From: Dehalococcoidia bacterium
GTDB taxonomy: Bacteria > Chloroflexota > Dehalococcoidia > GIF9 > AB-539-J10
Direction of reading: 5' to 3'
Assembly: GCA_003552125.1 (NCBI GenBank)
Contig: PUON01000057.1
Location: 1 to 55,886 of the forward strand
Length of the DNA: 55,886 nucleotides
Part shown: positions 28,017 through 37,136 of the stretch, piece by piece
How positions within the stretch are numbered: position 1 is the stretch's first letter
Layout of the letters: each line of letters starts with the position of its first letter
Translations under genes and position numbers: made by a program
The notes under the pieces: generated by a model
What the model was told of the DNA's origin: nothing
Database searches by the model: none
The model's input: the letters and a program-made list of their open reading frames with translations, nothing else

Positions 28017-29258
28017 CTAGTTCAGTCTGACACGTACGAACACCCGTCTCCCAACCTTTACCACAGAGCCATCCCGAACGGGTACGGTCAGTTCGCCTAC
28101 CTTGTTGCCATCGATCTCGACAGCGTTTTGCGCCACCAGTCGCTTGAATTCACTTGTGCTCTTGACGTGACCACCCTCCACCAGTGGACGGCAAAGGTCG
28201 ACTCTTACGTCGTCGCCGTCCGGAATGCCGGTGACGAATACTTCCGGCATCTCATCGGGGAGCTCATGCATCTGATGCACGCGTGTGAAATGCGCTTCGG
28301 CCTGATCAGCCTCTTCGGCGCCGTGAAACTGGCTCGTGATCTCCGACGCCAATCTCTTCTTGGCGTCCATTGGATTTGCGGTACCTGAGGCGAAGGATTC
28401 CTTCATTTCTCTCATTTCCTCGTCACTCACATCCGTGACGAGTTCGAAGTAATCCAGGATGAGCGAGTCGTCGAGCGACATAACTTTCCCGTACATCTGT
28501 CCCGGTGGCTCGGCTACGCCGATGTAGTTGCCGAGGCTCTTACTCATCTTACTCTTGCCGTCGGTACCCACGAGAATAGGAGTGAAAAACACCTGCTGGG
28601 CATTCTGTCCCATCATCTGCTGGAGTTCTCGCCCGAGGAGACAGTTGAACTTCTGATCCGTGCCTCCGAACTCGACATCCGAATTAATGGCGTAGGAGTC
28701 GTACGCCTGCAGCAGGGGATAGAGCATTTCGCACAGCGAGATCGGGTTCCCAGTCGTGTATCGTTTGTTGAAATCCTCCCTCGCGAGTATCTGTGCAACA
28801 GTGAAACGTGCAGTGAGTCGGATGACCGTATCAAGCGTGAAATCGGAGAACCATTCAGTCTGCCAGCGCACCTCTGTACGATCCTTGTCCACCACCCTGA
28901 AGAACTGTTCCATGTAGGTTTGCGCGTTCTCCTCGATCTGTGCCTCCGTGAGCATTGGTCTGGTGGCTGACTGGCCGCTGGGATCACCGATTCGAGCAGT
29001 CCAGTTGCCTACGATTAGGATGACCTTGTGGCCGAGTTCCTGGAGTTGACGCAGCTTGCGCAATCCCACTACATGGCCGAGGTGTATGTCCGGAGAACTG
29101 GGGTCGAAACCCTCCTTGAGCCGTGCGGGCGTGCCGCGGTTGAGAAGATCGGTGAATTCGTGCTCCGGGATGATTTCTGCAACTCCACGGCGCAGCAGGA
29201 AATCTCTTCGTGCCGGCGGCAGATCACGTAGCAGCGTTACCTTGGCAGTATCACTCAT
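28017..29258 (-). CDS. tyrS: Tyrosine--tRNA ligase
   Basis: GFDPSSPDIHLGH, YPLLQAYD, GGTDQKFN, KMSKS, C-terminal S4 domain. Confidence 0.96.
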   Translation of the reverse strand: MSDTAKVTLLRDLPPARRDFLLRRGVAEIIPEHEFTDLLNRGTPARLKEGFDPSSPDIHLGHVVGLRKLRQLQELGHKVILIVGNWTARIGDPSGQSATRPMLTEAQIEENAQTYMEQFFRVVDKDRTEVRWQTEWFSDFTLDTVIRLTARFTVAQILAREDFNKRYTTGNPISLCEMLYPLLQAYDSYAINSDVEFGGTDQKFNCLLGRELQQMMGQNAQQVFFTPILVGTDGKSKMSKSLGNYIGVAEPPGQMYGKVMSLDDSLILDYFELVTDVSDEEMREMKESFASGTANPMDAKKRLASEITSQFHGAEEADQAEAHFTRVHQMHELPDEMPEVFVTGIPDGDDVRVDLCRPLVEGGHVKSTSEFKRLVAQNAVEIDGNKVGELTVPVRDGSVVKVGRRVFVRVRLN

Positions 29259-30187
29259 TTGTTGCTATCCCCCAGGATTGTTCGAGTTTCCACCACGTCC
29301 CGGTTAATCTGGGACACGAGTTCGTCCCGGTCCCGGAACGCGATCTCCTGCCTTATGAAGGCGACAAACTCGATTGTAAGCGGCGCTCCGTAGACTTGCC
29401 CTTCGAAATCGAGAATGTGGGTCTCCACAACGCGTTCTGAGTGACCGAAGGTGGGTCGAAAACCGATGTTGGTGACGGATGCGAACTGGCCGTCTGGTAC
29501 GTGCGCGATAGTAGCATAAACGCCATCACGCGGCAACGCGCGTTTGGAACAGATGTCCAGGTTAGCGGTCGGGAAACCAATCGAGGCGCCACGCTTGCTG
29601 GTTGATCCGACCGTGCCGCTTAGCGTGTATCTCCGACCGAGCATCCGCGTAGCGGTACCGATATCTCCTGCGGACAGTGCTCCGCGTATAACGGTACTGC
29701 TCACCACCTGGCCATCGATCATGTAGGGAGGAACAACCTCGACGGTGTAGCCGACTTGCGTGCCTAGTGCCTCAAGAGCTTCAGCCGTACCTGCCCGGTT
29801 CTTGCCCAGCACGAAGTCAGGGCCCAGGAGCAACCCGCGCATGTGCAGGTGTGAGACGAGCATTCGGACGAATTCGAGCGGCGAGTATTCGCTGATCTCG
29901 CGTGTGAAGGTGAGAGGCACGGTCAACGGTACGCCGCTCTTACGTATGCAATGCACGCGTTCGTCGATACTCATCAGCAACGGAAGATGCATGTCCGGTC
30001 GCAACACTTCGAGGGGATGTGGATTGAAGGTCACGACCCCCGGGCACAACCCACGTGCCCGCGCACGTTCCACGAGTGTTTCGATTAAGGACTGGTGTCC
30101 CAGATGGACCCCGTCGAATACGCCGAGTGTGAGCAGCGTGTGTGTCTCAGGAGTATGCTGTGACAATTCCTCGGTAGCTGTGCTCAT
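29255..30187 (-). CDS. ribF: Bifunctional riboflavin kinase/FAD synthetase
   Basis: LGVFDGVHLGHQ, TFNPHP, SSTVIR, GFPTAN, VETHILDF. Confidence 0.95.
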   Translation of the reverse strand: MSTATEELSQHTPETHTLLTLGVFDGVHLGHQSLIETLVERARARGLCPGVVTFNPHPLEVLRPDMHLPLLMSIDERVHCIRKSGVPLTVPLTFTREISEYSPLEFVRMLVSHLHMRGLLLGPDFVLGKNRAGTAEALEALGTQVGYTVEVVPPYMIDGQVVSSTVIRGALSAGDIGTATRMLGRRYTLSGTVGSTSKRGASIGFPTANLDICSKRALPRDGVYATIAHVPDGQFASVTNIGFRPTFGHSERVVETHILDFEGQVYGAPLTIEFVAFIRQEIAFRDRDELVSQINRDVVETRTILGDSNK

Positions 30188-30269
30188 CGGTGGTCCACGA
30201 CGTCCGACGACCGTCTGGTCTGCAAGTACACCCGCGACTTATCCGGCGCAGTAATCCGTCTCGTCGAAT

Positions 30270-30298
30270 AGCCTATGCGATTGCCACATACCCGTCAA
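30270..30298 (-). promoter_or_regulatory. Putative sigma70 promoter of ribF-tyrS
   Basis: TTGACG (30298-30293), 17 nt, TAGGCT (30275-30270). Confidence 0.5.
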
Positions 30299-30352
30299 GA
30301 AACCGTCGTGTGCGACGTCTCGAACACATCCAGGGCGCTGTGTGGATTCAGC

Positions 30353-30382
30353 TTGACAATTACGAGATCCCCTCTTTACAAT
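30353..30382 (+). promoter_or_regulatory. sigma70 promoter of the aro leader/operon
   Basis: TTGACA 30353-30358, 18 nt, TACAAT 30377-30382. Confidence 0.8.
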
Positions 30383-30419
30383 CGTCTCAAAGTAAGGGAA
30401 GATCGGTCGTCTTGAGGCA

Positions 30420-30500
30420 ATGAACACCTTCCGGGTACGCTTCGTCTATTGGGTCTACTTTTATCGCACCGTCACGCCCGGGAGCGGTCTTGCCACGTAA
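30420..30500 (+). CDS. Putative attenuator leader peptide, MNTFRVRFVYWVYFYRTVTPGSGLAT
   Basis: 26 codons containing 3 Phe, 3 Tyr and 1 Trp; 6 of residues 8-15 are aromatic. Lies between the promoter and a terminator upstream of aroF. Confidence 0.85.
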   Translation: MNTFRVRFVYWVYFYRTVTPGSGLAT

Positions 30501-30532
30501 CGCACAGAGATAGCAGGTAGCAGGTAAGTGAG

Positions 30533-30565
30533 AAAGGACCCTCCCGCCGGGAGGGTCCTTTGTTT
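30533..30565 (+). terminator. Intrinsic terminator (attenuator) upstream of aroF
   Basis: Perfect 12-bp stem AAAGGACCCTCC (30533-30544) / GGAGGGTCCTTT (30550-30561), followed by GTTT. Confidence 0.88.
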
Positions 30566-30623
30566 GTGTATACCGCCGGACGGCTGAAGAAGCAGTCCGG
30601 ACGAACAGAATGGAGGGATCGCG

Positions 30624-31682
30624 ATGATCATCATGAAGACGGACGCCACAGAGGAGGATATCGAGCGGGTCGTTGAGGAGATTCGACGCAGCGGACTGCG
30701 TGCGGACGTATCGCGTGGCGATTATATGACAGTCATTGGCCCGGTCGGTGACGAACGAAGGCTTCCCTTTGATCGGTTGGCAACACTGCCGGGTGTCAAA
30801 GAAGCCAATCGCGTTGAGTCACCGTACAAGCTCATCAGTCGTGAGTATGCGCGGTTCTTTGGCGAGCCCGGAGCGCACAGGACCGTCGTGATTGGTGATG
30901 TGCGAGTCGGGAACGGAGAACCCGTTATCATCGCGGGACCGTGTGCGGTCGAAAGCCGCGCGCAGCTCATGCGTATCGCTGAGGAAGTCAAGAAGGCCGG
31001 AGCGCATGTGCTTCGCGGCGGCGTCTTCAAGCCGCGAAGCTCGGTGCACTCCTTTCAGGGTCTTGGCGCCACTGGCAGCGAAGAAGCAGAAGAGGCACTA
31101 CGCTGGTTGCGTGAGGCTGGAGACGCCTTCGATATGCCGGTTGTGACGGAGATCAGGGGAGAGTCCATGGTCGAACTTGTAGCAAAATATGTGGATATCA
31201 TGCATATTGGCGCACGAAATATGTATGATCAGGACCTGCTTGTCGCGGTAGCCTGCCAGCAGAAACCGGTACTGATCAAGAGACATTTTGGAGCCAGCAT
31301 CGAAGAACTGCTTTCGTTCAGTGAATACGTCGCTGCCGAAGGGAACAAAGACATCATTCTTTGCGAGCGGGGGATCGTGCCTATGGGCAAGGGTAAGAGC
31401 TTCACCAGGTATACCCTCGACCTTGCCGCCATACCAGTGATCCATGAGGAGACGTATCTTCCGGTCATACTTGATCCGAGCCATGGGACCGGGCGACGTG
31501 ATCTGATACTCCCGATGAGTTGCGCTGCGGTTGCTGCCGGGGCTGATGGCCTTATGATCGAGGCGCACTACGATCCATCGGAGGCCCTTGTCGACGGGCC
31601 GCAGATGGTAACTCCGGATGAATTGAAGGAGATCATTGAGACGTGCGGTCGACTGCGCAGGACGATGGCACCACAGAATTGA
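30624..31682 (+). CDS. aroF: DAHP synthase class I-beta with N-terminal regulatory domain
   Basis: IAGPCAVES, RGGVFKPRSS, IGARNM, ILCERGI, DPSHGTG; N-terminal MIIMK...TVIG ferredoxin-like/ACT-like domain. Confidence 0.94.
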   Translation: MIIMKTDATEEDIERVVEEIRRSGLRADVSRGDYMTVIGPVGDERRLPFDRLATLPGVKEANRVESPYKLISREYARFFGEPGAHRTVVIGDVRVGNGEPVIIAGPCAVESRAQLMRIAEEVKKAGAHVLRGGVFKPRSSVHSFQGLGATGSEEAEEALRWLREAGDAFDMPVVTEIRGESMVELVAKYVDIMHIGARNMYDQDLLVAVACQQKPVLIKRHFGASIEELLSFSEYVAAEGNKDIILCERGIVPMGKGKSFTRYTLDLAAIPVIHEETYLPVILDPSHGTGRRDLILPMSCAAVAAGADGLMIEAHYDPSEALVDGPQMVTPDELKEIIETCGRLRRTMAPQN

Positions 31683-31683
31683 G

Positions 31684-32775
31684 ATGAAGACGCTGGAAGT
31701 CAGGTGTTCCGACAACCCGTATCGTATGTTGATCGGTGCCGGCGCTTTGGAAATGGTTGCGGATGAACTTATCCGACTCGGCTTTTCCGGGACCGTCGTG
31801 GTTGTAACAGACGAGACAGTTGCAGGCTTGTTCGGCGCATGCCTTGAAGAGTACTTGCGGCGAGGGGGCCTGTTGCCGCAGTTGGAGGTGATTTCCCCGG
31901 GAGAAGCACAGAAGAATCTTGAGACCGCCAGCGCACTGTACAGTCGTCTCAATGATCTTGGCGCCGAGCGGTCGACCCCGATGCTGGCTCTGGGCGGCGG
32001 TGTAATCGGTGATCTTACCGGTTTCGTTGCGGCGACCTATTTTCGTGGTTTGCCGCTGGTTCATGTGCCTACCACCCTTGTTGCCCAGGTTGACAGCAGC
32101 ATCGGCGGCAAAGTCGCAGTGAATCACGGGAGACTCAAGAACAACATCGGCTCGTTCTACCAGCCTGCATCGGTGGTTGCCGACACCGCTTCGCTGTTGC
32201 ATCTTCCCGAGCGGGAGTATCGCAACGGGCTCGCGGAGGTAATCAAGAGCGCGATGATTCGTGATGCACAGTTCTTCGGGTACCTCGAGTCGAACATTGA
32301 GCGGGTCGTGGCGCGGGATAGTGAAACCTTGGAGTACGTGGTTGCAGTGACCGCCGGCATCAAGGCAACGGTCGTCGAAGAAGATGAAAAGGATATGGGT
32401 TTGCGCAATATCCTGAACTTTGGTCATACCGTCGGGCATGGAATAGAGACGGCTTCGGCCTTCTCTATTGCTCACGGTGAGGCCGTGGCGATCGGCATGG
32501 TTGCTGCAACCCGTATAGCCTCGTCGATGCAAATCATGTCGGCATCGTGTTGCGAGCGGCTGAAGACACTGCTTCAAAGAGCAGGCCTTCCGGTCGCAGT
32601 TCCGCTTCACGTGGACAGGGATGACGTGGTCGATGCGATGATGCACGATAAGAAGAGGGTGAAAGGGCGCCTGCGGTTCATCCTGCCTGTAAGCATAGGC
32701 GAGGTTCAGATTCGTGATGACGTGCCTGCTGAGCAGGTATACCAGACGCTGGAGGCATTGTATGCAGGGACCTGA
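31684..32775 (+). CDS. aroB: 3-dehydroquinate synthase
   Basis: GGGVIGDLTGF, PTTLVAQVDSSIGGK, LNFGHTVGHGIE, HGEAVAIG. Confidence 0.96.
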   Translation: MKTLEVRCSDNPYRMLIGAGALEMVADELIRLGFSGTVVVVTDETVAGLFGACLEEYLRRGGLLPQLEVISPGEAQKNLETASALYSRLNDLGAERSTPMLALGGGVIGDLTGFVAATYFRGLPLVHVPTTLVAQVDSSIGGKVAVNHGRLKNNIGSFYQPASVVADTASLLHLPEREYRNGLAEVIKSAMIRDAQFFGYLESNIERVVARDSETLEYVVAVTAGIKATVVEEDEKDMGLRNILNFGHTVGHGIETASAFSIAHGEAVAIGMVAATRIASSMQIMSASCCERLKTLLQRAGLPVAVPLHVDRDDVVDAMMHDKKRVKGRLRFILPVSIGEVQIRDDVPAEQVYQTLEALYAGT

Positions 32776-33424
32776 TATCTGTGCATGCATCACAGATGCA
32801 GCCGATCTGCCAGCTGCCATGGATGTAAGGGAACTGGTCTCCTACTACGAGGTGCGAATAGACCTTATCGGCGAGCGGTGGACCGAATTAGTCGCGTCAC
32901 TGTCACTTCCATGGATTGCCTGCAATCGGCTTGTGTCGCAGGGTGGCGCCTGTACACAGTCAGAGGATCTGAGAATGGCCTCATTGGGGCAGGCGGTGGA
33001 TCTCGGTGCGGCGATCGTTGATATCGAGCTCGACGCGCCGGGTTTGGATGAATTGGTAGAGAGTACGAAGGGAAGGGCGACTGTACTGGTTTCACACCAC
33101 GATATGAAGAAGACCGATGACATGGACACTCTCGCAGCAATCGTGGAGAAACAGAGGGCAGCCGGAGCTGATATCTGCAAGCTCGTAACCACAGCCTGCG
33201 GGTTCGGTGATAACATCACCCTTCTCCGCCTTACACGGAGATTCTCCAGCGTGCCTCTGGTCGCTTTCGCGATGGGAGAACACGGGACTGTGAGCCGTGT
33301 GCTCGCACCAGTGGCGGGTGCCCGGTTCACCTATGCATCACTTGCCGCCGGGCGTGAGGCAGCGCCGGGACAGCTGACGGTTCGAGAACTGATGGCAATA
33401 TATGAGGCTATGGGGGTCAGGTAA
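32762..33424 (+). CDS. aroD: Type I 3-dehydroquinate dehydratase
   Basis: EVRID, VDIEL, VSHHD, DICKL, FAMGEHG.VSR, APGQL. Confidence 0.92.
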   Translation: MQGPDICACITDAADLPAAMDVRELVSYYEVRIDLIGERWTELVASLSLPWIACNRLVSQGGACTQSEDLRMASLGQAVDLGAAIVDIELDAPGLDELVESTKGRATVLVSHHDMKKTDDMDTLAAIVEKQRAAGADICKLVTTACGFGDNITLLRLTRRFSSVPLVAFAMGEHGTVSRVLAPVAGARFTYASLAAGREAAPGQLTVRELMAIYEAMGVR

Positions 33425-34288
33425 ATGCACATCTCAGGCGCAACTGCCGTATACGGCATTGTGGGTGATCCTGTCGCGCATTCCCTGTCGCCCTCGATGC
33501 AGAACGCTGCGTTCGAGGCTGTCGGTCTCGACTGTGTGTATGTGCCGTTCCTGTTGACAAGAGGTGCTGCTGACGTGGCTGCGGTTGCAGTGAGGCGGAT
33601 GGGCCTGTGCGGGCTCAACGTTACAGTGCCGCACAAAGTGGACATAATACCATTTCTGGATTCCCTCGACCCGTCGGCACAGAGAGTTGGTGCCGTGAAC
33701 ACGGTGGTGAAAGAGGAAGGGAAGCTGAGGGGATACAACACCGACGCCCCCGGGTTCGCTCGCTCACTGGATTCCTTCGGTGTCGATGTCAAGTGCAAGG
33801 AGGTTCTGGTTCTTGGGGCTGGAGGAGCGGCCAGGGCAGTAGTTTCTTCTCTGCTTGAGCTGGGCGCCAGGGTCGTTGTGCTGAATAGGGACGTCGCGCG
33901 TGCGCAGAGGCTTGCCCGGGATGTTGCTGCCGAGATGGATTGTGGTATTGCCTGCGGCACAATCAGTGATTCCTGCCTTGAGGAGCACATGCCCGGTTGT
34001 GCCTTGCTGGTAAATACCACGAGCGTGGGCATGTATCCCAACTGCCAGGAGTCGCCTTGCCCGCCGCGTTTCTTTCACCGGGATCTCACCGTGTGCGATA
34101 TCGTATACAACCCCATTGACACGCTGTTGCTCAGCGAGGCGAGGAAGTGTGGGGCGCGCGTTATCACAGGGGACGAAATGCTGGTGCAGCAGGGTGCTCT
34201 GGCGTTTGAGTTATGGATGGGCATAACCGCACCCGTGGAAATCATGCGCTCGAAGGTGCGGGAGGAGCTTGGCCGTGGCGCGCAGTAA
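33425..34288 (+). CDS. aroE: Shikimate dehydrogenase
   Basis: HSLSP, NVTVPHK, GAVNT, NTD, GAGGAARA, DIVYNP. Confidence 0.95.
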   Translation: MHISGATAVYGIVGDPVAHSLSPSMQNAAFEAVGLDCVYVPFLLTRGAADVAAVAVRRMGLCGLNVTVPHKVDIIPFLDSLDPSAQRVGAVNTVVKEEGKLRGYNTDAPGFARSLDSFGVDVKCKEVLVLGAGGAARAVVSSLLELGARVVVLNRDVARAQRLARDVAAEMDCGIACGTISDSCLEEHMPGCALLVNTTSVGMYPNCQESPCPPRFFHRDLTVCDIVYNPIDTLLLSEARKCGARVITGDEMLVQQGALAFELWMGITAPVEIMRSKVREELGRGAQ

Positions 34289-34793
34289 CGTCGCGCTAAT
34301 CGGGTTCATGGGAGCTGGAAAGTCAGCCGTGGGCAGAATGCTCGCAATCCGGACGAACAGGTCGTTCGTCGAGACGGATTCGCTCGTGGAAGAATACGCA
34401 GAGACGTCGATCGCGGACATCTTCTCCCGTTTCGGAGAGGAGCGTTTTCGCGATCTTGAGGCTGAGGTAGTCTCCCGAGTGGCGCAGATGACCGATACGG
34501 TCATCTCGTGCGGTGGCGGTGTGGCATTGCGTGAACAGAACGTTGCTTGGCTGAAAACGTCATCGGTGGTGGTCTTTCTGGATGTGACGCCTGAGACCGT
34601 GCTGCAGAGGATTGGTCCGGGATCGAAGATTCGACCGCTGCTTGACGGGCCGGATCGTGACTCTCGGGTCAGGCACTTGATGGAAGAGCGACAACCCATC
34701 TACTGCGCCGCTGCGGACATCACCGTGCAGACCGACCGTATCCCGATCGACCATGTGGTAGAAAGAGTTGAGGAAGAGTTGGTGCGCGTATGA
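34275..34793 (+). CDS. aroK: Shikimate kinase
   Basis: GFMGAGKS, GEERFRDLE, SCGGG, RPLL. GTG 34275 lies 8 nt after GGAGGA. Confidence 0.95.
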   Translation: MARSNVALIGFMGAGKSAVGRMLAIRTNRSFVETDSLVEEYAETSIADIFSRFGEERFRDLEAEVVSRVAQMTDTVISCGGGVALREQNVAWLKTSSVVVFLDVTPETVLQRIGPGSKIRPLLDGPDRDSRVRHLMEERQPIYCAAADITVQTDRIPIDHVVERVEEELVRV

Positions 34794-36055
34794 AGGTCAT
34801 TGTTAAGCGTAGTGATGTTGCCGGGATGGTGGTTATTCCGGGCTCGAAGAGCTACACCATTCGTGCGGTGATGTGCGCGGCGATGGCCAAGGGCGAAAGC
34901 ATCATAGAGAATGCGCTCGAGTCAGAAGATACACACGCAGTCCTGGAGTGTGTTCGTGCGCTCGGGGCCGACGTGTCCCGGTCGTCACGCGGTTTGCTGG
35001 TGCATGGCACCGATCTGCATGAATCCGTTAACCCGCTGTGGTGTCGGGAATCCGGCGCGACACTTCGTTTCCTTGCTGCAGTTGCCGCCACGATCCCCGG
35101 AAGATCGGTGCTGCGCTGTGCTCCTTCGCTTGCCCGGCGTCCGATGGGGCCGTTGCTGGATGCGATTCGGCAGCTTGGTGTGAAGTGCAGCTTCGATGTA
35201 GCCGACGGCGAACTCGTTGTGGAGGGACGTCGGGCGCAATCGTCTCGGGTGATGCTCCGTGGGGACATCAGTTCGCAGTTCGTCTCGGCCATGCTCCTTT
35301 CGGGACCGCGATATGCCGGCGGACTTCATGTGCACGTCGCGTCGTCGCTGGTGTCTGAGCGCTATTTGCAGATGACCGTCCAGTGCATGCGCCGGTTTGG
35401 TGCTGGAGTGAGGGTTCTGGAAGGAGAACGCGCGTTCTTCGTGCCCGGTGGGGGATATACGCCGACCGACTATGTGGTGGAAGGCGATTGGTCTGCGGCG
35501 GCTGCAATTCTTGCTCTGGGAACCCTGTCCGGGAAAGTGGGGGCATCCGGTTTGGATACGGCAAGCGTGCAGGCTGACGCTGCCATGGTCAGTCTCCTTC
35601 AACTCATGGGAGCTTCGGTGACTACGCATTCGCACGGGGTGACTACAGAGAAGACCAGTCTTCATGCGTGTACGTTCGACCTTGAGGAGTCGATAGACCT
35701 GCTTCCGGTGGCCTGTGTGCTCGCAGCGGTGGCGGAAGGCGTCACCCGGTTCACACGAATCGGTCGCGCGCGTGACAAAGAGTCAGATCGCGTTGCAGCG
35801 ATGGCGGATGGGTTGCGACTGCTTGGAATTCGGGTCGAAGTCGATGCCGACGAGATGCGGGTGTGGGGTGGCACTGCACAGGGTGGCGTGGTATCTTCAG
35901 CAGGCGACCATCGCGTCGCAATGGCGTTTGGCGTCCTTGGGACAGTCGTTGGCGACATCACGATTGAAGATGCCGGCTGTGTCTCAAAGACGTACCCATC
36001 TTTCTGGGAGACCATGGAGCAGCTTGGAGTGGAGGTGCACTACTTTGAGCAATAG
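34790..36055 (+). CDS. aroA: EPSP synthase
   Basis: PGSKSYTIR, ESGATLRF, SSQFVSAML, KESDR, DHRVAMA, KTYPSF. Confidence 0.95.
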   Translation: MKVIVKRSDVAGMVVIPGSKSYTIRAVMCAAMAKGESIIENALESEDTHAVLECVRALGADVSRSSRGLLVHGTDLHESVNPLWCRESGATLRFLAAVAATIPGRSVLRCAPSLARRPMGPLLDAIRQLGVKCSFDVADGELVVEGRRAQSSRVMLRGDISSQFVSAMLLSGPRYAGGLHVHVASSLVSERYLQMTVQCMRRFGAGVRVLEGERAFFVPGGGYTPTDYVVEGDWSAAAAILALGTLSGKVGASGLDTASVQADAAMVSLLQLMGASVTTHSHGVTTEKTSLHACTFDLEESIDLLPVACVLAAVAEGVTRFTRIGRARDKESDRVAAMADGLRLLGIRVEVDADEMRVWGGTAQGGVVSSAGDHRVAMAFGVLGTVVGDITIEDAGCVSKTYPSFWETMEQLGVEVHYFEQ

Positions 36056-37136
36056 CATCGGCAGGTTGTTTCGCGTTACGAGTTTTGGGGAGAGCCATGG
36101 TCCCGTAGTAGGCGTGGTGGTTGATGGCTGCCCCGCGGGACTCAGTGTGGATCAGGGGACCATCCAAAGAGATCTCGATCGGCGGCGAGCTGTCGGACAG
36201 GCTGGCGCAACACCACGCAGGGAGGCCGATGCGGTACGCATACTCTCTGGTATGTACGAGGGGTGCACCACTGGCGCTCCCGTATGTATGGTCATCGACA
36301 ATGCGAATGTGGAATCCAGTAATTACCTGCCTTATCCGCGAACGCCACGCCCCGGGCACGCAGATTTCACGGCCAAAATCAGGTATGGCGGCTTCAACGA
36401 TCCAAGGGGAGGCGGCCGTTTTTCCGGGCGTATAACGGCTGGATTTGTGATGGCTGGAGCGCTCGCCCGTGCGGCGCTGGGACGCATTGGTGTTGAGGTT
36501 CATGCACACACAGTCGCCATCGGTGAAGTTGAAGCACCGGTATGTGAGCCCACAAGGGTGAGGGAGCTCAATCGACGCAATGCGCTGTCCTGTTGCGACG
36601 ACCGCAGTGCAGAATCGATGGTTCAGCACATCAGTGAGGCGGAGGCACGTGGCGATAGTGTGGGAGGAGTGGTGGAATGTGTCGTTCTTGGCCTGCCCCC
36701 TGGAGTGGGTGAGCCGGTCTTTTCCGGACTTGAGTCGGAGATTTCCCACGCCGTGTTCTCGATTCCTGCGGTCAAGGGAATCGAATTTGGTGGAGGCTTC
36801 GCGTTGTCCCGTCTGCATGGATCTGCGGCAAATGATCCGTATGAGTTCTGTGGTGACTCGGTCAGGAGCGTGAAGAACGACTCCGGCGGTATACTGGGTG
36901 GACTGTCTACCGGAATGCCCCTGGTGCTGCGTGCGGCTTTCAAACCGACTCCTTCGATTTCCCTTCCTCAACAGACGGTTGACCTTGAGGAGAGAACAAC
37001 CGCGGAACTGATAGTGAGAGGTCGGCATGATGCGTGCATTGTGCCGCGCGGGGTTGTGGTGGTGGAATCGATGGTGGCATGTGTGCTCTGCGACCTTTGC
37101 CTGAGGCGAGGGTTGATTCCAGGAGTGATGGTATGA
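36045..37136 (+). CDS. aroC: Chorismate synthase
   Basis: SFGESHG, RPGHAD, GGGRFSGR, FKPTPSI, GRHDAC. TTG start after GGAGG. Confidence 0.96.
   Translation: MSNSIGRLFRVTSFGESHGPVVGVVVDGCPAGLSVDQGTIQRDLDRRRAVGQAGATPRREADAVRILSGMYEGCTTGAPVCMVIDNANVESSNYLPYPRTPRPGHADFTAKIRYGGFNDPRGGGRFSGRITAGFVMAGALARAALGRIGVEVHAHTVAIGEVEAPVCEPTRVRELNRRNALSCCDDRSAESMVQHISEAEARGDSVGGVVECVVLGLPPGVGEPVFSGLESEISHAVFSIPAVKGIEFGGGFALSRLHGSAANDPYEFCGDSVRSVKNDSGGILGGLSTGMPLVLRAAFKPTPSISLPQQTVDLEERTTAELIVRGRHDACIVPRGVVVVESMVACVLCDLCLRRGLIPGVMV

Noticed and set aside
30188-30270. FMN riboswitch or T-box upstream of ribF-tyrS
   Set aside because: No RFN conserved segments, no T-box consensus and no terminator in the short leader.
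30190-30423. 77-aa ORF in the ribF-aroF intergenic region
   Set aside because: Runs through both divergent promoters, has no SD and no recognisable motif.
30511-30528. Tandem TAGCAGG-TAGCAGG-TAAG repeat
   Set aside because: Only two full 7-nt copies, in the loop of the predicted antiterminator; not a CRISPR or a meaningful array.
31633-32820. Long antisense ORFs (395 aa here; also 6650-7414, 26958-27818, 35958-37028, 48265-49410, 49684-50448)
   Set aside because: Each lies wholly opposite a well-conserved gene. Such shadow ORFs are expected at ~60% GC and show no recognisable motifs.
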